Shown here: positions 1 to 9,638 of the stretch, one piece after another
How positions within the stretch are numbered: the stretch's first letter is position 1
Layout: every line of letters begins with the position of its first letter
DNA from: an archaeon
GTDB lineage: Archaea > B1Sed10-29 > JAVZDC01
Length of the DNA: 64,000 nucleotides
Direction of reading: 5' to 3'
Assembly: GCA_038874115.1 (NCBI GenBank)
Contig: JAVZDC010000001.1
Span: 266,871-330,870, forward strand
Notes under the pieces: model-generated
Told to the model about the DNA's origin: nothing
The model's input: the letters and a program-made list of their open reading frames with translations, nothing else
Database searches by the model: none
Made by a program: the position numbers and the translations under genes

Positions 1-2496
1 AGCTTCTATCAAGATATCGTCATTAGAATTATTGCTCAACATGACTTGTTGTATCGAAATATCCGTCGTTCCAGAAAGATGGATTCCTGTAGAGAAATTA
101 AATATTTTGCAATTTTTTATTTGGCTGGATTGTTGAGAATTTGCCAAATAGATTCCAGATCCCGAATTTGATCCAACAATTGAATGACCTGCGCAATCAA
201 AAGTTTTTCCCGAAAAATTCACGGGAGAATTTATGCAAGTTTCTTCAGAAGTTATATTTTGAGTTAAGATAACTCCAGTACAAGCTGGATCGTTTAATTT
301 ATTAGTACAATCTCCACAAGAATTACATTCACAAGTCTGTCTCTGAGTTGGGGCGATTTGAGGATATGCATAAATAAAAACGTAATCGAACGAACCCTTA
401 CACTTCGCATCAAGCGCTATTTTATCTATAATTGGAAATACACTAGTTGTTTGAGTATCTATCAACTCTCCATTGAAAGTCCAATTTTGATTGTTTGGAA
501 AGATAATAGTATTGTATAGATTATAATTATCTAAATTTGTGGAGTAAGGACAACTTCCGCTGCCCGAGCAAATATGTTCAAAAAATCTGTAAAACGATGG
601 AGATTGTGAGAAGAACGGGGCATTCCACCACCGTTGAGTATCAAAAACAGCATATACTACATTTCCACAATCTCCGTTAATATATTCCATAGTTGCCCAT
701 GCTGAAGAACGTAAAGCTAAACCTAAAGAAGAATTTATATTACTCTTATATTTTGGTATCAGATGATGCCCCCAACCCCACCAATAGAAAGTATTATCAT
801 AAAGACCAGTAACGTTTGCGTATCCATCGGCAACTTTCCAACCTAAATGATAATACCATTTAGAATCATCCCTTGTAGAGAAATCGTCAAAAAAGTCAAA
901 TACTTGCTCTCCGTTTGATGCGCTGTCTGCTGAAAGATTTCCATAGTAATAATATATTATTTTTTGAGAATTTGCCGGAATATATGGAACATTTATCCAA
1001 ATAGAAGTACTAGGAGTATTACATCCCTTTTCAATCCAATAATTTAGGAAAGTTGATGTATCCAAATCTAAGAATCTAAGATCTGCGCAATCTGATCTCA
1101 TTTTACCTTGATCAATTAAAGATTGTGTATCTAACTCAAAATTATATCTATATTTTACAAGACTATTGCTATTATTTGAATTATCGATTAAGAAAGAATC
1201 TGAATAAGGCCAATTACTTATATTGGTAATAACAATTGTTCTTGTTTGAGAATAAGAGGTATATTCTGAGTTATAACATTTAATGTACCATGAATGTGCA
1301 CCATCTGCAGATATATTTGCAGATATATTTGTAAATGTATTGTTTTGAACTGATGTGATTAAAGAGGCCAAATTATTATCAACATAGAGGGCACAACTCA
1401 GGTTTCTATCCGAAATTACATAAAATGTAAAATTATATTCTCCTGGGCTTGTAATAAAGTAATCGCGAGGGGAGGATAAAAGTACCTGCGGACCAATTTT
1501 AACAACAGGATCAATATTCGTGAATTTTCTTACTCTTGCCCAATCTACTTCAGTAGATCCATGCCCTTGGGAAAAAATGTCCGAAGCGATTCCGATCGAA
1601 AATATTGGAGAATATGGATTTGAAAAAAGTCCAAAATAGGACATATACGGAGTATTATTTACCGAAAAAAGCATAAATTTCTCTGGTGCGATGCTCATCC
1701 CCCATAAAGAAAATGATGGAAAATCGCTCGTGTCCGGTGTTGTGTACTCTAAGAAGTCCTGCGGTACTGGACCAAATGGTGACCATACGGAATAAGCTGC
1801 GGTACCTAAATCTGTTCTATTCCTCCAGTTCACAACATACCCGTCCGGAGCATGATGACGATCATCCAAATTTGTTGAATTACTATAACCAATCGAAAAA
1901 ACGGGTTGTTCGGACGAATTTAAAATTTTTAATTCAAACCAGCTAGAATTATTGAATGTAGTTTGAGAATGAATCCAAACATAATCGGAGTAAGAAGAAG
2001 TGGAAAAAGTTATTTTGCCTGAATTAACAGAATAACTTCCTCCCGATGAGCTTTGAGAAGTCCATTTTGAAGTATTTAAAGAATTTCCATCAAAATCATC
2101 AAAAAAGTCAAAAGTCGTATATGGATTACTTGCTGAATCGGATTGATTATCATACCTCAAATAAATTACTTTCGTTGAATTTGCAAGTATTTGCGGAACT
2201 TTTACCCAAACTTTTGTCTCATTCGTATTACAACCACTTTCCAACCAAAAAGATAACATCGTCGAATTATCAGAATCTAAAAATCTAATATCTGAACAAT
2301 CTGGCTTCATTTTACCTTCGTTAATTAAAGTTTCAGAATCAAAAGTAACAAGAATTTGAAAATCAGATAAATTTTCGTAATTATTGGAATTATCAATCGT
2401 TATAAATTTGTAATAAGTTTCTGCAAAACTAATGGTAGACAAGGTAAAAAAGAATACTATAAAAGCAATTATACTTTTATTAAAAATCTGAGTCAT
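1..2496 (-). CDS. Large secreted surface protein, 3'-partial (C-terminus beyond the window start). It has an N-terminal signal peptide, two ConA-like lectin/DUF2341-like repeats and a C-terminal right-handed beta-helix-like region.
   Basis: The minus-strand frame is open from the ATG at 2496 to position 1 (no minus ORF closed in the track). It starts MTQIFNKSIIAFIVFFFTLSTISFA. A repeated module (GKMKPDCSDIRFLD.../GKMRSDCADLRFLD..., followed by FDFFDDFD and KW motifs) occurs twice. Toward the window start come a Cys-rich segment CECNSCGDCTNKLNDPACTG and then GSNSGSGIYLANS...ISTFYSGIHLSGTTD beta-helix-type repeats. It is N-glycosylation-sequon rich. Confidence 0.6.
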   Translation of the reverse strand, partial: MTQIFNKSIIAFIVFFFTLSTISFAETYYKFITIDNSNNYENLSDFQILVTFDSETLINEGKMKPDCSDIRFLDSDNSTMLSFWLESGCNTNETKVWVKVPQILANSTKVIYLRYDNQSDSASNPYTTFDFFDDFDGNSLNTSKWTSQSSSGGSYSVNSGKITFSTSSYSDYVWIHSQTTFNNSSWFELKILNSSEQPVFSIGYSNSTNLDDRHHAPDGYVVNWRNRTDLGTAAYSVWSPFGPVPQDFLEYTTPDTSDFPSFSLWGMSIAPEKFMLFSVNNTPYMSYFGLFSNPYSPIFSIGIASDIFSQGHGSTEVDWARVRKFTNIDPVVKIGPQVLLSSPRDYFITSPGEYNFTFYVISDRNLSCALYVDNNLASLITSVQNNTFTNISANISADGAHSWYIKCYNSEYTSYSQTRTIVITNISNWPYSDSFLIDNSNNSNSLVKYRYNFELDTQSLIDQGKMRSDCADLRFLDLDTSTFLNYWIEKGCNTPSTSIWINVPYIPANSQKIIYYYYGNLSADSASNGEQVFDFFDDFSTRDDSKWYYHLGWKVADGYANVTGLYDNTFYWWGWGHHLIPKYKSNINSSLGLALRSSAWATMEYINGDCGNVVYAVFDTQRWWNAPFFSQSPSFYRFFEHICSGSGSCPYSTNLDNYNLYNTIIFPNNQNWTFNGELIDTQTTSVFPIIDKIALDAKCKGSFDYVFIYAYPQIAPTQRQTCECNSCGDCTNKLNDPACTGVILTQNITSEETCINSPVNFSGKTFDCAGHSIVGSNSGSGIYLANSQQSSQIKNCKIFNFSTGIHLSGTTDISIQQVMLSNNSNDDILIEA

Positions 2497-2665
2497 CAGT
2501 ATCTCCCTCCAAGTTTTTCTCTAATTTTATCTTTGAAAGAATCTTGAAATAAGCATCCAACAACTCATCTAAAGATAATGACGACATTTTTTGAGCATAT
2601 AGGTTAAGTAAATTCAGTGCAAGTTCTTCATCATCCATAGCATCTCCAAAATTTTTATATTTCAA
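2480..2665 (-). CDS. Small acidic hypothetical protein (61 aa), immediately upstream of and overlapping the start of the surface-protein gene.
   Basis: Listed ORF. Its stop overlaps the ATG of the downstream large gene (GATGACTCA). No recognisable domain. Confidence 0.3.
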   Translation of the reverse strand: MKYKNFGDAMDDEELALNLLNLYAQKMSSLSLDELLDAYFKILSKIKLEKNLEGDTDDSDF

Positions 2666-2680
2666 ATCTATTTAAAGATT

Positions 2681-3448
2681 ATGCTTATCAAACTAGGAGT
2701 AGCAGGTAATCCAACAATTTGCTCAAAAATAGAAGAAAGCATTCCTTGGCTAGGTGAACATGGATTACATGAGGAAATAGAATTTGTAAGGAATGTTTGG
2801 ATGACTGAAAAAAGAGCGGAAAAGGTTGCTGAGTTAGCCAAAAAGCATAATGTCGAATTAAGCATTCATGCGCCATATTATATAAATCTCGCAAACCCGG
2901 AAAAAGCTGAAATTTCAAAGAAAAGAATCTTGGCTTGTTGTAAAATTGCTGAAATCTTAAACGCTGGACCTGTCGTATTTCACGCAGGCTATTATGGAAA
3001 AGACCCTCAAAAAGCAAGAAGTTTAATAAAAAAAGAATGCTTGGACTTAAGTAATAAAACTCGGGCGTTCCTTGGGTTGGAAACAACTGGGAGAGTAAAC
3101 CAGTTTGGAACTTTGGATGAAATTTTGGAAATTTGTGAAGAAATAAACAATTGCGTCCCAGTTGTAGACTTCGCACATATATATGCAAGAAGTTTTGGAA
3201 AAGTTGATTTTAAAGAAATTTTGCGAAAACTTACGAAATATGAAAAAATACATTCTCATTTCTCCGGGATTGAAATAGGAAAATCTGGGGAAAGAAAACA
3301 TACTCCGATAGATAATAACCCTTGTTTTAAAGAGATTGCAAAAATGCTTTTGGAGATAAATAAACCAAAAGAAATAATGATTATAAACGAATCTCCTCTT
3401 TTAGAGACAGACGCGTTAAAAATGAAGAAAATACTGGAAGAAATTTAA
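2681..3448 (+). CDS. Xylose-isomerase-like TIM-barrel protein, probable endonuclease IV (Nfo)-family AP endonuclease.
   Basis: 255 aa. Motifs LSIHAPYYINLA and VVFHAGYYG resemble the Nfo/AP-endonuclease-2 metal-binding blocks. Its end is convergent with the 3445..4002 gene. Confidence 0.55.
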   Translation: MLIKLGVAGNPTICSKIEESIPWLGEHGLHEEIEFVRNVWMTEKRAEKVAELAKKHNVELSIHAPYYINLANPEKAEISKKRILACCKIAEILNAGPVVFHAGYYGKDPQKARSLIKKECLDLSNKTRAFLGLETTGRVNQFGTLDEILEICEEINNCVPVVDFAHIYARSFGKVDFKEILRKLTKYEKIHSHFSGIEIGKSGERKHTPIDNNPCFKEIAKMLLEINKPKEIMIINESPLLETDALKMKKILEEI

Positions 3449-4002
3449 GAAAGCATATCCTCCAACGTAAGCTTTTTCTTCTCTTTTAATTTCTTTATAA
3501 TTTCTTCTTCCTTTTGCGGAGTTAACTCTGAACTCTCTTTCCCAAAAACAAAACTCTTTACACTTTTCATTTTTTGTTTAGCCGTACTTTTCAATTCCTC
3601 TTTTTTCTTTTGGAGATATTCACGCAATTTCTGCTTATGTTCTTTTAAAAATTGTTTACATAGTTTCAATTCTTCATAAATAGCTTTCATAGTAAGCTTT
3701 TTCTTAGAAATCTCCTTTCTCTTTTTTTCCACATTTTCCCATTGTTCGAGATAAGCATCCATCTTTTGCAGTTCGGAGACGATAGCTTTTTCCTGAGCTT
3801 TTGATAAAGGCTCTGTTTGGTATTTCCAAGAAAGTTTTTTATACTTTGCTTTTATGCTCTTATAATCTTTTGGCAAAGATGGAATAGAGGCAATTTCCTG
3901 CTTTAATGCTTTTAAATTAGAAGAAATTTCCTGTATCTTTTTTTGAAGCTCAGAAATAGCTGCTTTTTCTTGCTCTATTAATTCAGATAATTTATCACTC
4001 AT
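3445..4002 (-). CDS. K/E-rich coiled-coil protein, hypothetical.
   Basis: 185 aa with strongly heptad-like K/E/L composition. It overlaps the upstream gene by 4 nt (operon). Confidence 0.45.
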   Translation of the reverse strand: MSDKLSELIEQEKAAISELQKKIQEISSNLKALKQEIASIPSLPKDYKSIKAKYKKLSWKYQTEPLSKAQEKAIVSELQKMDAYLEQWENVEKKRKEISKKKLTMKAIYEELKLCKQFLKEHKQKLREYLQKKKEELKSTAKQKMKSVKSFVFGKESSELTPQKEEEIIKKLKEKKKLTLEDMLS

Positions 4003-4691
4003 TCAGATCCCAACCGAGTAAATTTTCTGATCGATAGCAATCTTAAAGCGGCATAGATGCATACAAAACCCATGAAAAGGATTGATAACACACCCAAGAA
4101 AAATATTAGTTCAATATTAATAGAATATTTGAAGAGTGAGTTTAAATAAGTTACTAGATTTGAGACCCCTGTCAAAATAGAAAATCCCCCAACTAATAAT
4201 AAAGAAATTATTAAAAGATCGCGCAGAGGCCCACTTATTGTTATTTTCTCAATCTGAGAAGAAATAGATTTTAATCTAGCTTCTACGCCTAACTTAAAAT
4301 CTTTAAATTCAGACTGAACTGCTAAAAACTCATCCCTTGTTTTCTCCTGAACCTTGTCTGTATATTGTTTAGCATCCAATTTCATTAATTCTAACTTTGT
4401 ATCTACTTTTTTAGCAAAATCATCAAAAAGGTTAGAAACATACTTTTCCAAAGATTCTCTTCTTTTTTCTATTAACTCATCTACAATCTCTCTTAACTTT
4501 GATTCTACCAAAGCATCATATTTTGCCTTGGCAACTTTTAAAATCTCTTTAGCCTCAGTCTCTGACGCCCCACTCTCGATCAAATTTTCAATTATTTTCT
4601 GTTCGGGAACGTTTATCGTTAACATCTCCAATACAACGTCAAGCATCTTAGAAGATTCTACTTTCTCTTTTTTCTTTTCAAAAAGAGGCAT
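3999..4691 (-). CDS. Coiled-coil protein with a C-terminal double transmembrane anchor, hypothetical.
   Basis: 230 aa. N-terminal coiled coil, then two hydrophobic helices (LLIISLLLVGGFSILTGV..., LIFFLGVLSILFMGFVCIYAAL). Confidence 0.45.
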   Translation of the reverse strand: MPLFEKKKEKVESSKMLDVVLEMLTINVPEQKIIENLIESGASETEAKEILKVAKAKYDALVESKLREIVDELIEKRRESLEKYVSNLFDDFAKKVDTKLELMKLDAKQYTDKVQEKTRDEFLAVQSEFKDFKLGVEARLKSISSQIEKITISGPLRDLLIISLLLVGGFSILTGVSNLVTYLNSLFKYSINIELIFFLGVLSILFMGFVCIYAALRLLSIRKFTRLGSE

Positions 4692-4792
4692 GATTTTTAT
4701 TAAGAGCGATGTTTTAAAAACTTTATGGTATAAACTAAAACTATCTAAAAAAAGTTTAATAAAAAATTTATTTTGAAATTCTTCGTAAATTC

Positions 4793-5179
4793 ATGTCATA
4801 TTCAATCCTTTTGCTTTTTATTTTAATCATATTTGCCTGCGACCTTAAAATAAACGAGATTCAAAAAAATCTGGAAAATGACTTGCAAGTAAATTTAGCT
4901 ACGTTCCAAGAGATAAAGGAATTCCAATATGAAAATGAAAATTATTTTTATTACAATTTAAAAAAAGTTGCTAATGGTTTGGAAACTTCGGAAGAAAAAG
5001 CAAAAAAATTATGTTTTGAGTTAGAAAAGAACCCTTATTTTAAAAAAGAGAATTGTGAAAATAAAGTAGTCTTTTTTGAAAATTTTGTTGAAATCTTGGA
5101 TGATTTTATTTTTGAAAATAAAATCCATGGAAACTTTGTACAAACCAGGATTCAAAAAGGTGCGTATGTATGGAGATGA
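4793..5179 (+). CDS. Hypothetical secreted protein.
   Basis: 128 aa with an N-terminal hydrophobic signal-like segment (ILLLFILIIFAC). Confidence 0.35.
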   Translation: MSYSILLLFILIIFACDLKINEIQKNLENDLQVNLATFQEIKEFQYENENYFYYNLKKVANGLETSEEKAKKLCFELEKNPYFKKENCENKVVFFENFVEILDDFIFENKIHGNFVQTRIQKGAYVWR

Positions 5180-5463
5180 TCTTACCTTACTCATTTTTTA
5201 TCGCAACAATATGCTTATTCTCTTTTATGCTTTTGGTTGAATCAAAAAATTTTATTGAAAGGGTCTTAGAGATCAGAGAAAAATATATTGTGGAGAAAGT
5301 AGCAAGCGCTTGTTTTTTATACCGACTTACAGGGGTTAGCCAAAAAATAAATGTGGATGTAGGTTTTGATGGGAAGATATTTTCGAAAAAAATGCCACAT
5401 ATAAAATCAGACTGCTATTCTTCTATTTCAATTGAAAACGGTTTTGTTGTTTTTGGTGGTTAA
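5170..5463 (+). CDS. Hypothetical small membrane/secreted protein.
   Basis: 97 aa with an N-terminal hydrophobic segment. It overlaps its neighbours. Confidence 0.3.
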   Translation: MEMILPYSFFIATICLFSFMLLVESKNFIERVLEIREKYIVEKVASACFLYRLTGVSQKINVDVGFDGKIFSKKMPHIKSDCYSSISIENGFVVFGG

Positions 5464-5782
5464 TTTGCTTGAGTTTGATGTTGGACTTAGCATCGTTGTG
5501 CTTTTGCTTGGTTTAACGATATTTTTTAATTCACTTACCCCTCCAGACGACGATTTCATCAAGAAGTACGAACTCATCGAAAAAAGTAGAATTTTATTGT
5601 TTGATAAGGAGATCGGACTTGCGACGGAGTGTCCTTATTGTATAGCCACTTCGAACTTAGAAAAATCAAAGAATATTCTAAAATTAAAAGAAATAAAAAT
5701 AAATGAAGATCCGGGAATAACTTGCATAAAAAGGATTGCAATTTGTGACAAAAAGGAGGTATGCATTTTATATGTTTGCTAA
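5432..5782 (+). CDS. Hypothetical small Cys-containing secreted protein.
   Basis: 116 aa with an N-terminal hydrophobic segment. Confidence 0.3.
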   Translation: MKTVLLFLVVNLLEFDVGLSIVVLLLGLTIFFNSLTPPDDDFIKKYELIEKSRILLFDKEIGLATECPYCIATSNLEKSKNILKLKEIKINEDPGITCIKRIAICDKKEVCILYVC

Positions 5783-6110
5783 ATCGAAAAGTTTTGCTTT
5801 TTTTACTTTTGATAGCTTGATTTTTCTAATGTTGCTAATTTTAATAATATCAAGTATCCCGAAAGAGGAAAAGATGGATAATTTCGATGTTTTACTTTAT
5901 GAAATTGCTCAAGACGCAGTCCAAACTTGTTTATACCTGGATGAGTTTAATGAAGAATGTCTTAAAGTTTTGAAAAAAATAGATAAAAACATAAATTACT
6001 GTTTTTGCGAACATGAAGGCATCAAGTTTAAAAGGTATACTTCAGAAGGTGAGAAAGTTCTAGTTGTTTGGTACTCCATTCCTAAACGAAATGATGCCTT
6101 TTTTAATTAA
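5772..6110 (+). CDS. Pilin-like protein with a class III (type IV pilin-like) signal peptide.
   Basis: The internal start MFAKSKSFAFFTFDSLIFLMLLILII matches the MKAF-hydrophobic-D pattern of the pilin paralogs at 22.7-23.9 kb. Confidence 0.4.
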   Translation: MFAKSKSFAFFTFDSLIFLMLLILIISSIPKEEKMDNFDVLLYEIAQDAVQTCLYLDEFNEECLKVLKKIDKNINYCFCEHEGIKFKRYTSEGEKVLVVWYSIPKRNDAFFN

Positions 6111-6404
6111 AAAACTTGAAAAATTGCACCTTGAATGAATGCAGAATGAATCACAGCAAAGATTTCCATTACTCGCGCTTACGTTGAGTTCTTGATTAAA
6201 AGAATAGTTTAAACTTGAAACTCCAAAAAATATTGATTTTTCACAAGCTTCTTGAACCTTAAAACAAATGTTTGAAATTTTATTTTTTAATATAATCTTT
6301 TCTCCTGCCTTTTCGAATTTTGAATATACAGGTATAAAAATAAGGATGGATGAAATCAAAAAAGCAAAAAGTATTAAATATTCTAAAGAAACTTGCGCGT
6401 TCAT
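6060..6404 (-). CDS. Pilin-like protein (class III signal peptide).
   Basis: Begins MNAQVSLEYLILFAFLISSILIF (the Q-x-S/T-x-E-Y-L motif typical of archaeal type IV pilins). Confidence 0.55.
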   Translation of the reverse strand: MNAQVSLEYLILFAFLISSILIFIPVYSKFEKAGEKIILKNKISNICFKVQEACEKSIFFGVSSLNYSFNQELNVSASNGNLCCDSFCIHSRCNFSSFLIKKGIISFRNGVPNN

Positions 6405-6556
6405 GTTGCGTTCAAAACTTTTTTCATGTTGGAAACCAAATTCGTTTTTGCGGTGGACCCAAAAGTTTTAGCAGAAACAATAAAAATAAAAGCTAAGCTT
6501 AGAAGTATTGAAGCTATTACTAAAATTTCCAAGGAAGTTTGAGCATTATCGTCCAT
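6401..6556 (-). CDS. Small pilin-like protein (51 aa, class III signal peptide). Not in the ORF track.
   Basis: Translates MDDNAQTSLEILVIASILLSLAFIFIVSAKTFGSTAKTNLVSNMKKVLNAT. Its stop overlaps the ATG of the 6060..6404 gene (ATGA). Confidence 0.5.
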   Translation of the reverse strand: MDDNAQTSLEILVIASILLSLAFIFIVSAKTFGSTAKTNLVSNMKKVLNAT

Positions 6557-6561
6557 TAAAA

Positions 6562-6738
6562 TCACTCTCCTGAAGTAATATTATCGATTGATGCTAAAAC
6601 TTTGTCAGCTTTTTCAGAAAGTTTTGTTGCAGCGTGCTTTACATTTGAATTAAGAGTATTTATAAAAACAAAAGCAACAGCAAGTAATGCTGCAATGATA
6701 ACTATCAATTCAGCTGAGATCTGCGCTCGGTCGTCCAT
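6562..6738 (-). CDS. Small pilin-like protein (class III signal peptide).
   Basis: From the internal Met: MDDRAQISAELIVIIAALLAVAFVFI..., a paralog of the 6401..6556 product. Confidence 0.5.
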   Translation of the reverse strand: MDDRAQISAELIVIIAALLAVAFVFINTLNSNVKHAATKLSEKADKVLASIDNITSGE

Positions 6739-6835
6739 GATAAAGAAAAAAAGAAAATTTAATAAAAATTTTTTCAACTGGAATAAGTTTAATCTAGTGA
6801 AAAATTTTTAAAGTTTAAAAATAGAAAAATATTGT

Positions 6836-7387
6836 ATGCTGTTTTATAAAGGGGAAATAATTCATATTTTGATCTCAGTACTTACAATTTCAGCAGCTTT
6901 TTCATTTCCATTTATGATTTCATTTCCAGTAGTTTTTATTACTTTAGGTTTGGGTTTTGTTCTGCATGAACTTGCTCACAAGATAGTTGCGATGAAGTAC
7001 GGATGTGTAGCAGTTTATAGAGCCTGGCTAGAAGGATTGGCATTAGCTTTAATTTTTGCGATTTTTACTGGAGGAAATTTTGTATTCGCTGCTCCTGGAG
7101 CAGTTTATATTTATAAACATACGATAACCAGAAGAGAGGATGGGATTATAAGTTTAGCCGGTCCTCTAACAAATTTGATACTCGCTGTTATGTTTTTATA
7201 CCTAGCCCCTCTCTTAGGAAAAATAGCAATTATTGGGTTCCAAGTAAATGCTTTTCTCGCATTCTTTAATCTCTTGCCAATCCCACCATTAGATGGATCA
7301 AAAGTATTTTCTTGGAATATAGGAGTATGGCTCTTTGCGATAGGATTTGCCGCGATAATGGCTTTTTCTTATCCTCTTGTTTTTTAA
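6836..7387 (+). CDS. Site-2-protease-like (peptidase M50 family) membrane zinc metalloprotease.
   Basis: 183 aa polytopic protein with HELAH (HExxH) and NLLPIPPLDGSKV (the LDG motif of S2P). Confidence 0.7.
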   Translation: MLFYKGEIIHILISVLTISAAFSFPFMISFPVVFITLGLGFVLHELAHKIVAMKYGCVAVYRAWLEGLALALIFAIFTGGNFVFAAPGAVYIYKHTITRREDGIISLAGPLTNLILAVMFLYLAPLLGKIAIIGFQVNAFLAFFNLLPIPPLDGSKVFSWNIGVWLFAIGFAAIMAFSYPLVF

Positions 7388-9538
7388 TTAAATGACTTCC
7401 ATAGCTCTTTTTTGGAAAGATTCGTAAGTTTTAATTATTCTTTCCTCTAAACTAGGTCTTATGGTTTTAAACGCTTGCTCAAAATGACGCCATTCTACTT
7501 GCTTTGCCTTTTTGTTTTCTCGCAATGCATTCAACGCTGCTTCTCGAACGACTGCTGCAACATCCGCTCCAGAATATTTGTCTGCCATCTCCACTAGCTT
7601 ATTTATATCTACATCTTTGGAAATCGGAACTTTTCTTAGATGAACTTCAAAAATCTTTTTCAAAGTTTCTTTATCTGGAGGTGGTACTTGTAAAAGCTTA
7701 TCAAAACGACCTGGCCTGAGTAAAGCAGGGTCGACCAAATCAGGTCTGTTTGTCGCAGCTATAACAACAACATTTCTCAATTCTTCCAAACCATCCAATT
7801 CAGTCAAAAGTTGGTTTACTACTTGCTCATAAACATGGCTTCCGAATTCTCCTCCACGTCTTGGAGCGATAGCGTCTAATTCATCGAAAAATATTATGCA
7901 TGGGGCTGCTTGACGCGCTTTTCTAAAAATCTCTCTAATTGCTTTTTCTGATTCACCGACCCACTTACTAAAGATTTCAGGTCCTTTCACACTTATGAAA
8001 TTTGCTTCGCTTTCGTTTGCTACCGCTTTAGCTAATAATGTTTTTCCTGTACCTGGGGGACCGTATAAAAGAATACCTTTCGGAGGTGTGATTCCCATCC
8101 TTTTAAACATTTCAGGATATTTCAAAGGCCATTCCACTGCTTCAATCAATTCTTTTTTAACATTTTCTAAGCCCCCAATATCTGACCATCTTACATTCGG
8201 GATTTCAACTAAAACTTCCCTTAATGCACTAGGTTGAATTTCCTTCAATGCATTTTCGAAATCCTCTTGTGTAACCTTCAAAGAATCTAAAACCTCTACA
8301 GGGATTGTTTCTTCTTCCAAATTAATTTTTGGTAAAATTCTCCTCAAAGTCTTCATCGCAGCTTCTCTAGCTAAAGCAGCTAAATCAGCACCAACAAATC
8401 CATGAGTATTTGCTGCAAGCTCATCTAAATTAACATCCTCAGCAAGGGGCATCCCTCGCGTATGAATTTGAAGTATCTCCTTCCTGCCTTGCTTATCTGG
8501 AACAGGGAGTTCAATTTCACGGTCGAAGCGCCCAGGTCTCCTCAATGCTGGATCTAAAGCATTAGGCCTGTTTGTTGCGCCTATGACGATTACTTTTCCT
8601 CGAGATTGTAAACCATCCATGAGTGTCAAAAGTTGAGCTACCACTCTCTTTTCTACTTCTCCTACAACTTCTTCTCTTTTTGGAGCTATAGAATCAATTT
8701 CATCTATGAAAATTATGGATGGTGCCGTCTCCTGAGCTTTTTTGAAAATTTCTCTCAGTCTTTCTTCTGCCTCGCCTACGAATTTTGAAATTATTTCTGG
8801 GCCTTGAATTGAATAAAAGTTTGCTTCGCTTTCGTTTGCTACTGCTTTAGCTAATAATGTTTTTCCCGTACCTGGAGGACCATAAAGTAAAACTCCTTTT
8901 GGTGGCTCAATACCAAGTTTTGTGAATAATTCCGGATGCCGCAAAGGCAATTCTATCATTTCTCTTACTTTAATCACTTGATCTTTCAATCCCCCAATGT
9001 CCTCATACCTTATCTTCGAAACTCCCTCTATTTCTGGAACAGGTTCTTCTTTCAAAACAACATTTGTTGATTCAACAATTTGACAGAATCCTTTTGGGGA
9101 AGTATTAACAACTTTGAAAAATAGGGGAGAACCAAAGAAAGGTAATAAGATTAGATCTCCTGCCGTAACCGGTCTTTGAATCAGTCTTTGTTTCACCCAT
9201 TCAGCAAACTCTGATTGAAACCTCATTGGTTGAGTAGGCGCAAGTATGATTTTGGATGCTTCTTTAATCTCTGAAAGCTTATAAACTTTTACTTTGTCGC
9301 CAACCCCTACTCCGGCGTTTTGTCTTAAAATTCCATCCATTCTTATTATTCCTTTTCCCTCATCTTGGGGATAGGATTGCCAAACAATGACCGCTGTCTT
9401 TTTTTTCCCCTCTACCACTACGATTTCCCCGCTGCGGACGTTCAAATGTTCTCTAGAAGCAGTATCAAGCCTAACAATACCTCGTCCTATATCATCTTGC
9501 ATTGCTTCGGAAACTCGGAGAATAATACTTTCTTCCAT
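7388..9538 (-). CDS. cdc48: Cdc48/VCP-like AAA+ ATPase (two AAA domains).
   Basis: Two Walker [16 protein letters not shown] blocks, SRH regions and an N-domain starting [25 protein letters not shown]. The ORF's 55-codon N-terminal extension (to 9703) lacks conservation. Confidence 0.93.
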   Translation of the reverse strand: MEESIILRVSEAMQDDIGRGIVRLDTASREHLNVRSGEIVVVEGKKKTAVIVWQSYPQDEGKGIIRMDGILRQNAGVGVGDKVKVYKLSEIKEASKIILAPTQPMRFQSEFAEWVKQRLIQRPVTAGDLILLPFFGSPLFFKVVNTSPKGFCQIVESTNVVLKEEPVPEIEGVSKIRYEDIGGLKDQVIKVREMIELPLRHPELFTKLGIEPPKGVLLYGPPGTGKTLLAKAVANESEANFYSIQGPEIISKFVGEAEERLREIFKKAQETAPSIIFIDEIDSIAPKREEVVGEVEKRVVAQLLTLMDGLQSRGKVIVIGATNRPNALDPALRRPGRFDREIELPVPDKQGRKEILQIHTRGMPLAEDVNLDELAANTHGFVGADLAALAREAAMKTLRRILPKINLEEETIPVEVLDSLKVTQEDFENALKEIQPSALREVLVEIPNVRWSDIGGLENVKKELIEAVEWPLKYPEMFKRMGITPPKGILLYGPPGTGKTLLAKAVANESEANFISVKGPEIFSKWVGESEKAIREIFRKARQAAPCIIFFDELDAIAPRRGGEFGSHVYEQVVNQLLTELDGLEELRNVVVIAATNRPDLVDPALLRPGRFDKLLQVPPPDKETLKKIFEVHLRKVPISKDVDINKLVEMADKYSGADVAAVVREAALNALRENKKAKQVEWRHFEQAFKTIRPSLEERIIKTYESFQKRAMEVI

Positions 9539-9638
9539 AGAAATCGCTAAGTTATTAATCTTGCAGGAATTTATATTTTTTTCTATTAACTTTCCAGAAT
9601 CTGAAAAAGAATTTAAGAAAAAAGTATTTTTTGAAAAT
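9539..9638. promoter_or_regulatory. Divergent intergenic promoter region between cdc48 (-) and radB (+).
   Basis: About 100 nt non-coding spacer between the conserved start codons of two divergently oriented genes. AT-rich. Confidence 0.3.

Noticed and set aside
2688-3301. Two minus-strand ORFs (166 and 84 aa) inside the Nfo-like gene.
   Set aside because: They are antisense to a plus-strand product with TIM-barrel/Nfo-like motifs, and their F/L-rich composition indicates a non-coding frame.
4354-4776. 140-aa plus-strand ORF overlapping the 3999..4691 coiled-coil gene.
   Set aside because: It is antisense to a coherent coiled-coil plus TM protein that is translationally coupled to its neighbour. 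It is S/F/I-rich and low-complexity.
7504-8237. Plus-strand ORFs (71 and 80 aa) inside cdc48.
   Set aside because: They are antisense to a highly conserved AAA+ ATPase coding region.
9387-9638. An N-terminal 84-codon extension of the radB ORF that would overlap cdc48 by more than 300 nt.
   Set aside because: The RadB N-terminal consensus (MLPLG...LD.LLGGG) begins at the Met at 9639. The upstream extension is low-complexity, and cdc48's own conserved N-domain starts at 9538.
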